A stretch of 64,000 nucleotides of DNA from Candidatus Latescibacterota bacterium (GCA_965248265.1 CBDFJF010000002.1:4077829-4141828); one strand, 5' to 3'; numbered from the stretch's first letter, positions 1 through 9,433 are shown. Numbers and translations: made by a program. Notes: generated by a model from the letters alone, not told the origin.

Positions 1-405
1 ACCGGCGGCTCTTTCCAGGTCGGTCCGGATGACGGCATCAACAACCGTATCGAAGTCACCATCGACGACATGAGGGCGAGCGGCGCGAGGCTCAACTTGA
101 ACACGACCTCGGTCTCCAGCCTGGACTCGTCCCGCAATTCGATCAGCGGTCTTGACCAGGCGATCGACAAGGTGTCACGTCAGCGAGGTGACCTTGGCGC
201 GTTTATGAACCGACTCGCTTTCACCATCTCCTTCACGGAGAACTCGATCGAGAACATCCAGAACTCGGAATCCTCGATCAGCGACGCCGACATCGCCACC
301 GAGATCTCGCAGTTCACACGGTCCCAGGTCCTGTCCCAAGCCGCCACGGCCATGCTCGCCCAGGCGAATGTGATCCCGCAAACGGCGCTTTCACTCCTGC
401 AGTAA
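1..405 (+). CDS. fliC: Flagellin, C-terminal part (5' end outside window)
   Basis: Frame open from base 1 (FQVG...). C-terminal flagellin signature RGDLGAFMNRL...ENIQNSESSISDADIATEISQFTRSQVLSQAATAMLAQAN..PQTALSLLQ. Confidence 0.95.
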   Translation, partial: TGGSFQVGPDDGINNRIEVTIDDMRASGARLNLNTTSVSSLDSSRNSISGLDQAIDKVSRQRGDLGAFMNRLAFTISFTENSIENIQNSESSISDADIATEISQFTRSQVLSQAATAMLAQANVIPQTALSLLQ

Positions 406-498
406 ACCACTACCCTATACCGCTCGGGGCTCCTCCGGTTACGGAGTCCGAGCGGCCCTATACCTACACTACACGACACTATACCTACACTACAACAG

Positions 499-531
499 AA
501 AGGCAGGGCCCGATCGGGCGCCTGCCTTTTT
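499..531 (+). terminator. Rho-independent terminator after flagellin, possibly bidirectional
   Basis: AAAGGCAGG-GCCCGATCGGGC-GCCTGCCTTTTT: GC-rich stem with a T run 3' and an A run 5'. A second hairpin lies at 420-455. Confidence 0.75.
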
Positions 532-578
532 GCGTTGGTGATTGCAGGCGTGCCATTGTGTTGTTGGAAACACTACGG

Positions 579-648
579 GCGTTCGAAAGCGCTGCGCGCT
601 CGAAAACGCTGCTGCGCTCGAAAACGCTGCTGCGCTCGAAAACGCTGC
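579..648. repeat. 18-bp tandem repeat (GCGCTCGAAAACGCTGCT), about 3 copies plus a degenerate copy
   Basis: Copies at 596-613, 614-631 and 632-648, degenerate copy at 579-595; no spacers. Confidence 0.9.
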
Positions 649-653
649 GCGTT

Positions 654-1097
654 TTACGTCCACTTCTTACCGCTGGCGTCCCCCTTCGAGACCGGCCCGG
701 AGCCGCGCTGCTTTTCTGGCTTGGCCTCGCCGTCGACGAGGAAGCCGACAAAGCGTTTCTGACCCAGCGTCTTCAAGTACGACAGCAGAGAGACTTCCGC
801 CTCCTTGCGGTCCAGGGTGTAGGTCTTGCCCAGCGACTCGATCATCTGCGCCACCGTGGTTCGACCGTCGCACATCTGCCACACCTGAGTCCCTACCTCA
901 TCCAGGGTGATCTTGCGCTCCTGGGGAACGTAGAACACCTTCGACAACAACCGCACCTTCCAGGTGTCCTGGCGAGTAACGGTAATCTGCGTTTCTCCGC
1001 GATCGCTCTTAGCCCAACTGAGAAGCTCATTCCTCGCTGGTCGCGAGTTCAACATCGCTTCGCGAGTCAGCTTGGGCGTTTTCCTGGTGGCAAACAT
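654..1097 (-). CDS. Stand-alone PqqD-family / RiPP recognition element (RRE)-like protein
   Basis: ITLDEVGTQVWQMCDGRTTVAQMIESL...EAEVSLLSYLKTLGQKRFV matches the PqqD pattern L(D/N)xxGxxIWxxxDGxxTVxxI...FLxxL. Confidence 0.85.
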   Translation of the reverse strand: MFATRKTPKLTREAMLNSRPARNELLSWAKSDRGETQITVTRQDTWKVRLLSKVFYVPQERKITLDEVGTQVWQMCDGRTTVAQMIESLGKTYTLDRKEAEVSLLSYLKTLGQKRFVGFLVDGEAKPEKQRGSGPVSKGDASGKKWT

Positions 1098-2040
1098 ATC
1101 CCCGGGTCAGGACGTCGCACAGATCGTCCCGCTCGTCCTTTTTTTTGTAGAGGTGATCGACGACGCAGATCTTGTTCGTTGTCTCACAGTGCCAGACGCG
1201 GCCGTCGAGGTACTGACGTGGACGTGGATTGAGAAAAGGTAGGGGCCGCAGGAACTGTCGCCACCGACTGCGCGGCCGTCCTTCGACAGCAAGGCCCGCG
1301 TGATCCTGCACCCTGGTTTCGGTCGTTTCGTAGTTCAAGTCCCGCATTTGCTTCTTGAAAAAACTCCCATGCCAGGAGGTCAGGTCCGTGCCTTTGAGCA
1401 GCTGATTGGCCAGGCTCAGCCGCTGAACCCGGCAAACATGATGCGTCTTTTCGAAGGTCAACTGGATGTTACCGGATCTGAGCTGGTGCTCGGACAGAGA
1501 GAACTCCTCGGGCACGATGACTTCGAGCCCGTAGACGCACCAGAAAACGGATCCATCGACGGGGTGGTCCTGCATCGAGCGGAAGATCTCCTCGGCCACG
1601 CCCTCCATGTCGTCCTCTTCGGGTTTGCACAACACCCGTAGGAGAACAATTCGGCCGCATTGCTTGCACACCCGAGCCAGGTTGTAGGCGCGGTAGTCGG
1701 CTTCCCACGTGAAGGTCTCGTACTCCTCGCCCTCGAGCCAGCGCTTGTCTTTCAGGAACCGGGCCTGCCGTTGCACGGAGAATTCGAGCCCGGTCTTCTC
1801 AGCCTTCTTTTCCAGGTTGGAGAGGTACTTGGTCACGAGATCTTCGATCGGCAGACGCCGGCGCCGGGCGGGAGGTGATTCGCGCCATTCGACCTCCAGT
1901 CGCACTACAGAAGTGTCGTCCAGACGGACGTAGCCATTCTTATGGTTGCCGTCCACCTTGCCCAAACTCCACTCTGCCGGAACGCGCAGGCGGACCCCCT
2001 GCCAACCGAAATCTACCCAATCAGTGGATTTGACCTTCAT
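1027..2040 (-). CDS. Hypothetical soluble protein (~337 aa) with two internal repeats, possibly PsbP/Mog1-like
   Basis: ATG at 2040 lies 8 nt after the OPT stop. Similar half-starts FGWQGVRLRVPAEWSL and WCVYGLEVIVPEEFSL; similar half-ends VCKQCGRIVLL and HCETTNKICVV. The longer 2562 start overlaps the OPT gene. Confidence 0.75.
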   Translation of the reverse strand: MKVKSTDWVDFGWQGVRLRVPAEWSLGKVDGNHKNGYVRLDDTSVVRLEVEWRESPPARRRRLPIEDLVTKYLSNLEKKAEKTGLEFSVQRQARFLKDKRWLEGEEYETFTWEADYRAYNLARVCKQCGRIVLLRVLCKPEEDDMEGVAEEIFRSMQDHPVDGSVFWCVYGLEVIVPEEFSLSEHQLRSGNIQLTFEKTHHVCRVQRLSLANQLLKGTDLTSWHGSFFKKQMRDLNYETTETRVQDHAGLAVEGRPRSRWRQFLRPLPFLNPRPRQYLDGRVWHCETTNKICVVDHLYKKKDERDDLCDVLTRGYVCHQENAQADSRSDVELATSEE

Positions 2041-2048
2041 GGAGGTGT

Positions 2049-4457
2049 TCAGAATACCAGTACGGAGACGGATTTCTGTATGATGGCGATGGCGACCGCG
2101 GCCATCCCCATCAGGGCCATGCCGCAGGCAAAGCCGACGGCCAGGATCGGCGCGTATTGCCGCCATTCCTGCTTGCCGTATTTCTTCCAGAAATAGTATC
2201 GCGCCAGCAACGCCCCGATGAACTCCGTGATCATGAAATGCGGTATCGTCGTCAGGGCCCTCACCATTCCGAACACGAACAGCAAGGGGAAACCGAGCAT
2301 GGAGAGGACGATGTAGAGGAGCAATACAACCCCACCTCCGGCGGCCACGGCTTTGGGTTTCCAGGCGCGCATCAACCAGGACTCGTCCGTTGACCGCTGG
2401 ATCCAGGGACTGGTGAAGTTGGGATCGGTGTCCACGGCAAAGTAGTAATGCCAACCGGCCGGCAATGGCGTTGCGGCATCTGCCCGCAACTGTGGCCTGG
2501 CCGTGCGCACAATGCCGACATCGGCGGCTGGCGCCACGGCAACCACCGCTGGACCAGACCACTCCTCATCATCTACCGTGCGATTGCTGAGGGCTCCCGG
2601 GGGGAGCTCGGGCAGAACCCCAGGATCGCCCTCCCGGGTAAAAGCATAGAACGCCCGCTTTTCCGACCACGGGCCGGCGTCGCCGCGCTCGCCTTTGGAA
2701 TCGATCCACTCCTGACTGGCAGAGCGAACCTTCCAGTACCACCAGCTGTCACCCACCAGGTTGGCGGGGGTGTAGACGACTCCGGCGTCGGTCGTCTCCA
2801 TCGTGCTCCTGAGCGTCCCTGTAAACCAGATGCAGGTCTGCATCGCCCGCAGCCTCCACATCTGCTGGGCGTACGGGTACGAAGCGGAGGGAATCGGCGC
2901 CAGCTTCCACAGGTAGGAGGAGTACAGGAACGTGGAAAGGAGCACGATCGGCACCATCATGACCTCAGCCTTGATGATGCTGGTAAAGCTGGTACCGGTC
3001 AGCTCGATCTCGCGAAATTTCTGCGTTTGAGCGCCGTAGTTGTCGATTGGAAATGGCACGAACCAGATATCGACGCCCGGGTACCCCGACAGTAAAATGG
3101 TCGCTTCCCGCACGTAGGGGATCGCAACGGTCTGTCCGACCATACCCACCAGGCGGGCGGAAACGAAGGACTGTAACGGGGTAAAAATGAACGCGAAGAA
3201 CAGGAAGAAATACATAAAGCGACTGATTCCCGGCATCAGCAGCCATGCCATCAGTACCAACCCGCCCATGGCCACCATGTAGAGGCCGATGGCGATCCAT
3301 ATGGGAAAATCACCGCGCCCCGGCGGCGGCTCCATGCGTGAGCGGCCCTCCCCACCTGCTACCCGTTTTTCCGCTCTCGCTGTCCGAATGCCCTTGGTCA
3401 GCTGATAGATGCCGATGAGGGCGATGGCGAAGGTGGAGCCGATCCCGAAGCTCATCCAGAAATCGACACTGTTCATGAAAAAGGTGTCGATGGCTCCCAT
3501 ACCTGGCTGCCAGGTCGACAGGATGCCCATCTCGTGCAGGATGGGGTTGGCGATAGTGGCTGCCAGAATGCCGAAGAAGCCCCCCATAACGCCCCAGAAA
3601 GGCATCACCATGCCCGAAAAAATAGGACCCAGGTGGACGGTGAAACCCAGCGGTGTGGCCGGAATGAAGTTGCCGCTGATCTGCGTGAAATCGACAAACG
3701 GGATCGGCAACAGCTGCACCGGTTCGGTCAGAATGGCGCCGGTGATGGCCGGAATTGCAACGTAGAGGGCGCCGAAAACGAGTCCGATCATGGCGCCGGC
3801 CGAAAACACCCTCCAGCGCCAAGACTCCACTCCCTGCGTCGACTCGGCAAGCGCCGTGGCGCCCTGTGCCGCTACGGGGGCGAATGGAAACGGCAGACGC
3901 TCGTAGTCCGAATTGATCCGGAACAGGGTGTAGGCGGCCGAAAACCAGGACATCCGCGAGATCACCATGCTGGCGACGAGTACGAGGATCGGCACGAACC
4001 AGTCGGCGTGCAGGAAGGTCCGGTTGAGCAGGGCCGGAGAGCCCAGCGGCGGCGCCCACCAATCGGGAAAAAGATTGGCGATTCCGAACTGCGTGGCGGC
4101 TGGAGACTGGCGCAGGTACTGATTCCACAGCAGCCCCTCGAAGGCACCGGTTTCGGCGGCGATCAGGCCGGAAGCGACGTAGAACAACACGTAGACTTCC
4201 TGGCGCGACAGGGTCGTGAACGAGCGCTTGGTGATCTCGGCGAAGAGGATGATGGTCACCCACTCGGCCGCGGCTCCGAGAGAGCCGCCGACCATCAGGC
4301 TCAGGTACATGTTGCCGGGAATCATGATGAAGGCGACGAACAACACTCCGACGATCGAGCGGCTGGTGAAGCCGTCCTCGAAGCGGTCGGGAACCTCCAT
4401 CAAGCTGCGGTATTCCTCAATCTCCTGATTGGGATTGGATCCTTTACGCCAGAACAA
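2049..4457 (-). CDS. OPT (oligopeptide transporter)-like polytopic membrane protein with an inserted soluble domain
   Basis: Many hydrophobic helices; N-terminal GFTSRSIVGVLF...YLSLMVG and ERLPFPFAPVAAQGA resemble OPT/YSL-like transporters; hydrophilic insert at ~2390-2810. Confidence 0.7.
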   Translation of the reverse strand: MFWRKGSNPNQEIEEYRSLMEVPDRFEDGFTSRSIVGVLFVAFIMIPGNMYLSLMVGGSLGAAAEWVTIILFAEITKRSFTTLSRQEVYVLFYVASGLIAAETGAFEGLLWNQYLRQSPAATQFGIANLFPDWWAPPLGSPALLNRTFLHADWFVPILVLVASMVISRMSWFSAAYTLFRINSDYERLPFPFAPVAAQGATALAESTQGVESWRWRVFSAGAMIGLVFGALYVAIPAITGAILTEPVQLLPIPFVDFTQISGNFIPATPLGFTVHLGPIFSGMVMPFWGVMGGFFGILAATIANPILHEMGILSTWQPGMGAIDTFFMNSVDFWMSFGIGSTFAIALIGIYQLTKGIRTARAEKRVAGGEGRSRMEPPPGRGDFPIWIAIGLYMVAMGGLVLMAWLLMPGISRFMYFFLFFAFIFTPLQSFVSARLVGMVGQTVAIPYVREATILLSGYPGVDIWFVPFPIDNYGAQTQKFREIELTGTSFTSIIKAEVMMVPIVLLSTFLYSSYLWKLAPIPSASYPYAQQMWRLRAMQTCIWFTGTLRSTMETTDAGVVYTPANLVGDSWWYWKVRSASQEWIDSKGERGDAGPWSEKRAFYAFTREGDPGVLPELPPGALSNRTVDDEEWSGPAVVAVAPAADVGIVRTARPQLRADAATPLPAGWHYYFAVDTDPNFTSPWIQRSTDESWLMRAWKPKAVAAGGGVVLLLYIVLSMLGFPLLFVFGMVRALTTIPHFMITEFIGALLARYYFWKKYGKQEWRQYAPILAVGFACGMALMGMAAVAIAIIQKSVSVLVF

Positions 4458-4514
4458 CGGTCTCGTTCCCTCCCTCCGCGATCAGATCACGGAAAACAAT
4501 CCTCGGCCGGGTGC

Positions 4515-7500
4515 TCATGCGGAAACTTCCGTCCGCTGGCCGGTCAGGATCTCTTCGCCCTGCTGCCGGTAGGACTCCTTGGCGTCGCTCTCGACTGTGC
4601 GCCAGATCAGAAACTGCTTCCGAATGACGTTCATGAAGCGCTGATTGACTCGTCTCCAGGAAGCATCTTCTCCACTGAGCCTGCGGATGTCCAGTGTTAT
4701 CTGATAGATCTGTTGCTGTTCGGGTTCTGGTACGGCACTGATGACGACGTGCTGGCTTACTCCCAGATCGAAGGGCGCCAACCAGATGTTCATGTCGATG
4801 TTGTACCCGGAGGCGACTCCCGCATCGAAACGAGAAAGGCGAGCGCCGTCTGTGTAAAAGGTTCCGATCGACTCCTCACTGTAGGAGTCGAAGTAGCCGA
4901 TGAGGAACACGCTGAGCCCGAGGACATCGTGGCCGCTTACCGTAAACGGAAACTCGAAGTGCCACTCATCTCCCTCGGGCGAAGGCAGGCGCCACTTCCG
5001 CGTGACGTCCGGCACGGCCATCTGCGACGCCTTGCGAGCCGGATAGAGGGTCGACAGGATGACGACGGCCATTACCAGCAGACAGGAGAGCACCGCTGAC
5101 AATGAAGAGTAGTTGAGCGTGAAACCCGTTATCACCTGCAGCTTCATCATTGCGGTGGCCACAATCTGTCCACTGAGATAGCCGGCGACGACCCCAAGAA
5201 CCGCGTAGACACAGGATTCGGCCACGAACAACCACGCAATGTGACCGGGGGCCAGGCCGACTGAAGAATAAATTCCGATCTCGCGCAGACGCTCGTAGAC
5301 GCTGCCCATCATCGTGTTGAGGACGATCAGTGCGGCGATGAGGATGGGAACGAAGAGATTCGCTATTCCGGAAAGCGAAGTCATGCCGAGAGAGCTGTAG
5401 ATGGAGACCTTGATGTAGTCGTCGTCTGGATCCTGGGCGCCGGCGAACAAAGTTACCGCGAGGCGGGAAAGAAAAGTCTCAATTTCAGCGCGCACGTCAA
5501 TACCGGGTTCGAAGCGCACCGCCACAGACTGCAGCGGATTGCCGCTGCCGACGTTGCGCAGCGTCTGGTAGGGTATGATCAGGGTGTTCGCCGGTTCCAG
5601 ATGGACGAAGGGCTTGATGACCACCTTCGAGTCCTCCAGTCCCTGCTTCTCTCGCTCTTCCTCCTTGGCCATGTCCTGTACCGCCTGACCACCCGTCACC
5701 GCGAAGTCGGCGGGAGTTATGACTTCGTCATCGAGATCCTTGAGCGCCTTCATGCGTTTCGAGTCGATGATGCCGACGACGGTGAACATCTCTCCGAACA
5801 CCCGGATCTGGACGCTGCCAACCTCATCGGTATCGAAATTGAGGTTGTCGACTCCGATCATCTCGCTGGGCAGTATGCAGACTTTCTCCTCTCCCGGGAG
5901 AAACCACCGTCCAGCGATCAGACCCGTGTCGAGTCCGGTGACCAGCTTTTCCTGCGGTGTCAATCCGAGCACGCCCAGTGCATCGTGGGCGTTGCCATCG
6001 TGCATCAACTTGACGTGGACCTTCTTCTTGTTGTCGTACCAGCTGCGCGGGGCGACGGTGCCGATGCGGCCGAAATTACTCTCGGCGTACTCCAGCACGG
6101 ATGTCTCGAGAGGAATCCATGCCTTGCTGCGGATGAGGATGCCCTCGTAGAGCCCCTCGTTGTCTCGCTGGATTTGATTGAAGCGCAGAGAGGTCTGAAT
6201 CGAAGTAAAAGACAGTACCGTAAACGTCAGCAGCAGCAAGGTGAAGAAGGTCAACACGGTCCGCAGTTTGCGCCGCTTCATATTCGAGATGCCGAGCATG
6301 AAGGCAGTCAGGGATGCGCTCGAACGGCTGACGTCGGTATCGTGCACGACGGCCACTTCCGTGCGCAGCTTCTTCATCTGCTCGTTGAAGCGACCGCCGA
6401 TGATCCACATCACCAGCGAGGCCAGCGTCAAAATCACGAAACCGAGTAGAATGACGAACGGGTTTGACAGCTCAAAAGCCGGATGCACGGCGGACAATAC
6501 CAGCCAGATCGCGGCGAAGACGAAGACGAACCCGAAGATCTGGTTCTTGATCGTGGCCGCGGTGATCAACAGGCGCTCAGTGAAGTAGGCGCAGGGGAGC
6601 ACGAGTGCCATGAAGAAGATGATGCCGCGGATGACGTCGTTCTGCGTCGATTTGACGTCCGGATAGGCCCTCGACTCGAGACCGATCCCCGCGCGGGTGT
6701 GCTTGGTGAAGGCACTCCAGTCCCTTTCCGCTAGCGCCGCCTCGGCCAGGTCGATCTCTTTCTTGGCCCGGCCGTGCAAGTCGTTCAGACGCTCGTTTTG
6801 TATGGCGAAGCTCTTGAGCTCCTGCATGCGGGCCTCGTCGAGCATCCACATGTCCTTCGCCGCTCTGAACGAGGTGCGGCTGAAGGAGGATCCAGGTCCG
6901 ATGTCGAACCCGTCACCCAGGGCGCGCTCCTTGTTTTCGGCGGACTGGGAGTTGAGCAACAGATAGCGAAAACCCAGGATATCAGCTCCGAAGCCCATTT
7001 TTACTACTGTGCCGGGACGGGCGAAGAGGACACCGACGGGCTCTTCGAGCGCCGAAGGCCCCTCGCCGATGGAATATCCGTACTCCACCGGGGCCGTGTT
7101 GGTGTCATCGAAGACCTGGACCTGAGCCAGCTTGGTCAGGTAGCGGGGATCGACGATATCGAAGTAATTGTAGGCCTGGCAAGGGAAGAGGATGACCATC
7201 CAATCCTTGTCCCGCCAGTCCATCTTGATGAGCATTCCGTAAGATCCGCCCTCGGTGTTTCCACGGTCCGGAGCGTAGGTCACTTCCCCGGTGGCGGGAT
7301 CCAGGTAATATCCCTCGACTTGCAGCTGGTTGACGCGAATGCGGTTGACGTGAAACGCGCCGCGATCGTCGACCACCTCGAAGTATTCCCCGCGGACTCC
7401 CTTGTAGGATTTCTTCTTACCGTTGCGCAGCACGGCGACGGCGCCCTTGCGGGGAAGATCGGGGACGATGCTGCGGCGAGGGAAAATCATCGTGCGCCCA

Positions 7501-9299
7501 TTCAGGGTGCGCAACGTATCCTTCAAGCGCATCTTGAAATCGGGGAACAGCTCCGCGTCCTGGAAGGCCAGATGGAACATGCCGGCGAGTACCCGTATCT
7601 GTTTTTGCAGATTCAGGTAGTTCACCTTGTCAGCCTTGTCCAGGGGGGTATCGACTAGGAAACGAGCGTCGTTCACGGTCACGAACGCCAGCGCTGGGGT
7701 GCCGGTGTCGAGGACGAGTTCGCTGTTGACGGATATCTCCCCCGGCACGAACGATTCCCAGTTCTTGCCTCCCTCGGGACTGATGCCATTGACGAGAACG
7801 TCTCGGAACAAGTATCCCAACTCCCGGCTTATCTCGCGGGAGTAGTTCATGAAGTTCTTGCCGAACGGTGCGAAGTAGCGCTTGTAATAGAAGCTGGTGT
7901 TGCTGTTCCAGACCCCTAGTTCGTCGGTTTGCGTCGACAGATCGAGGCTGATGAACAGTTTGACACTCAACGTATCAACCTTCGGCGTGGCCCACTCGTG
8001 CAGGAACTGCAACCGCAGGTCCTCGTCCCGCATCAGATTCTGCACCAGGACCTGACGGTTCTCGAAGGACCTGTCCCCTATCACGAGGGAAGCGCTGGCG
8101 CCTTTTTCCTCCCCCATGGCACCGAGGTCGCCACGTTGCAGTATGCTCTGAACCAGCGCCGTATCGACGTCGGCCACGTGTTGGATGAGAGATTCCTTGC
8201 CCAGGAAATTCTCTTCCCCGAGGTGATAGCGCACCCCCTCGCGCTCGATGATGCCCTGTTCGAGGGCCACCTCGACGGCCCTCCGGAACACCATGCGGTC
8301 GACGAAGGGATCCTCTCTGCGCAGATACCGCTGGATGAAATCGTCGATGCCGCGCAGACCCAGGTGATGGGCTGATGTGGCTAGCAACACGATCGTACGG
8401 GGGGCGGGATGCTCTCTGAAATAAGCAGCCAACTCCAGCAAGGCCGCGATTCCGGCCGCTTGCTCAGCGCCGGGTGCCAGACCTGGAACGACGGACATGG
8501 CGTCGTAGTAAGCCTCGAGAACGATGACGTCGTCCTTGAGAAGTGGATCGTAACCGGGGACCTGACCCACTATGTTCCAGGCCTCACGGCGCTCCCAGTC
8601 CATGCGGTATTCGAAGTGCGCCTGGAGTTGGCGATCCTCCTGGGAAGCGCCTGTCTGCCCGATCTTCGATCGCAACCACGCCCCATCCTCCTTCGACACC
8701 CAGAAACGGGGTACATCGAGAGGCATGGTAAGGAATTTTCTCTCACCTTCCAGGTACACGGTAGAGTCGGGTTCGATGAAAACGACACCCGCTGCACCGA
8801 GATAGGCAGGGTTCAGCCAGTTATCACCCGTGTTGAAATCCATCAACACGTAGGCCCCCTCCAGATCCTGACCATTCATCGCTGAAAACTCACCGGATCC
8901 GGCGTCTATCAGGCGTGCATCAACCCCACCGTCGGGAAGCGTCGATGTCCGCACCAGATTGGGCCATAGTCCATGCAAAGCGATCGCGCGGTCATCACCG
9001 CCAATGTGCAGAAACCCACCTTTTTCAACTGGAATGGAGATGTCATAGGTGTGTGCGGCGACCTTGTGGAGGCCAAGGTCTTCAAAGGCGGCCTGGATGA
9101 AGGAGGCAGCCTGATCCGCTCCGGGGTATCCGACTACGCGAGATCCCAGACCGGCAAGATACCCGATCGACTGCTCGAGCTGCTCTTTCTTGGCCAGCCC
9201 TCGCAACGCATCGTAGTCCAACTCGGTCGCCGCCGCTGGCAACTGACTGGCAATGGCAACGGCAACAGCCACCAGACCTTTTCGCGCGAAATCAGTCAA
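4515..9299 (-). CDS. Large fusion: signal peptide + PA/M28-peptidase-like ectodomain + MacB/FtsX-like ABC permease
   Basis: Likely TTG start at 9299 after GGGGAG. SRVVGYPGADQAA, NIVGQVPG, VIVLEAYYD, APGAEQAAGIAALLELA indicate the M28 fold. SNMKRRKLRTVLT and VLNTMMGSVYERLREIGIYSSVGLAPGHI..LFVAES are FtsX/MacB signatures. Confidence 0.85.
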   Translation of the reverse strand: MTDFARKGLVAVAVAIASQLPAAATELDYDALRGLAKKEQLEQSIGYLAGLGSRVVGYPGADQAASFIQAAFEDLGLHKVAAHTYDISIPVEKGGFLHIGGDDRAIALHGLWPNLVRTSTLPDGGVDARLIDAGSGEFSAMNGQDLEGAYVLMDFNTGDNWLNPAYLGAAGVVFIEPDSTVYLEGERKFLTMPLDVPRFWVSKEDGAWLRSKIGQTGASQEDRQLQAHFEYRMDWERREAWNIVGQVPGYDPLLKDDVIVLEAYYDAMSVVPGLAPGAEQAAGIAALLELAAYFREHPAPRTIVLLATSAHHLGLRGIDDFIQRYLRREDPFVDRMVFRRAVEVALEQGIIEREGVRYHLGEENFLGKESLIQHVADVDTALVQSILQRGDLGAMGEEKGASASLVIGDRSFENRQVLVQNLMRDEDLRLQFLHEWATPKVDTLSVKLFISLDLSTQTDELGVWNSNTSFYYKRYFAPFGKNFMNYSREISRELGYLFRDVLVNGISPEGGKNWESFVPGEISVNSELVLDTGTPALAFVTVNDARFLVDTPLDKADKVNYLNLQKQIRVLAGMFHLAFQDAELFPDFKMRLKDTLRTLNGRTMIFPRRSIVPDLPRKGAVAVLRNGKKKSYKGVRGEYFEVVDDRGAFHVNRIRVNQLQVEGYYLDPATGEVTYAPDRGNTEGGSYGMLIKMDWRDKDWMVILFPCQAYNYFDIVDPRYLTKLAQVQVFDDTNTAPVEYGYSIGEGPSALEEPVGVLFARPGTVVKMGFGADILGFRYLLLNSQSAENKERALGDGFDIGPGSSFSRTSFRAAKDMWMLDEARMQELKSFAIQNERLNDLHGRAKKEIDLAEAALAERDWSAFTKHTRAGIGLESRAYPDVKSTQNDVIRGIIFFMALVLPCAYFTERLLITAATIKNQIFGFVFVFAAIWLVLSAVHPAFELSNPFVILLGFVILTLASLVMWIIGGRFNEQMKKLRTEVAVVHDTDVSRSSASLTAFMLGISNMKRRKLRTVLTFFTLLLLTFTVLSFTSIQTSLRFNQIQRDNEGLYEGILIRSKAWIPLETSVLEYAESNFGRIGTVAPRSWYDNKKKVHVKLMHDGNAHDALGVLGLTPQEKLVTGLDTGLIAGRWFLPGEEKVCILPSEMIGVDNLNFDTDEVGSVQIRVFGEMFTVVGIIDSKRMKALKDLDDEVITPADFAVTGGQAVQDMAKEEEREKQGLEDSKVVIKPFVHLEPANTLIIPYQTLRNVGSGNPLQSVAVRFEPGIDVRAEIETFLSRLAVTLFAGAQDPDDDYIKVSIYSSLGMTSLSGIANLFVPILIAALIVLNTMMGSVYERLREIGIYSSVGLAPGHIAWLFVAESCVYAVLGVVAGYLSGQIVATAMMKLQVITGFTLNYSSLSAVLSCLLVMAVVILSTLYPARKASQMAVPDVTRKWRLPSPEGDEWHFEFPFTVSGHDVLGLSVFLIGYFDSYSEESIGTFYTDGARLSRFDAGVASGYNIDMNIWLAPFDLGVSQHVVISAVPEPEQQQIYQITLDIRRLSGEDASWRRVNQRFMNVIRKQFLIWRTVESDAKESYRQQGEEILTGQRTEVSA

Positions 9300-9433
9300 T
9301 CTCCCCCTTCTCTTGATACGGTAATTTTGAATGGTCCGAGATTCTGATTCAGTCGAATACATCGGGCCAAATTCGACAATAATACCGCCTTACGCAACAA
9401 TCGAGGACCACGGAGGTCTGCCTGTTGGCCCGG

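Noticed and set aside
579-648. Possible CRISPR array
   Set aside because: The units are 18 bp, head-to-tail, with no unique spacers, and no cas genes are in the window.
535-910. Short ORFs with repeated CCARKR or ALENA as a RiPP precursor for the PqqD protein
   Set aside because: They are alternative readings of the 18-bp DNA repeat, lie antisense to and overlap the PqqD gene, and start just after a terminator.
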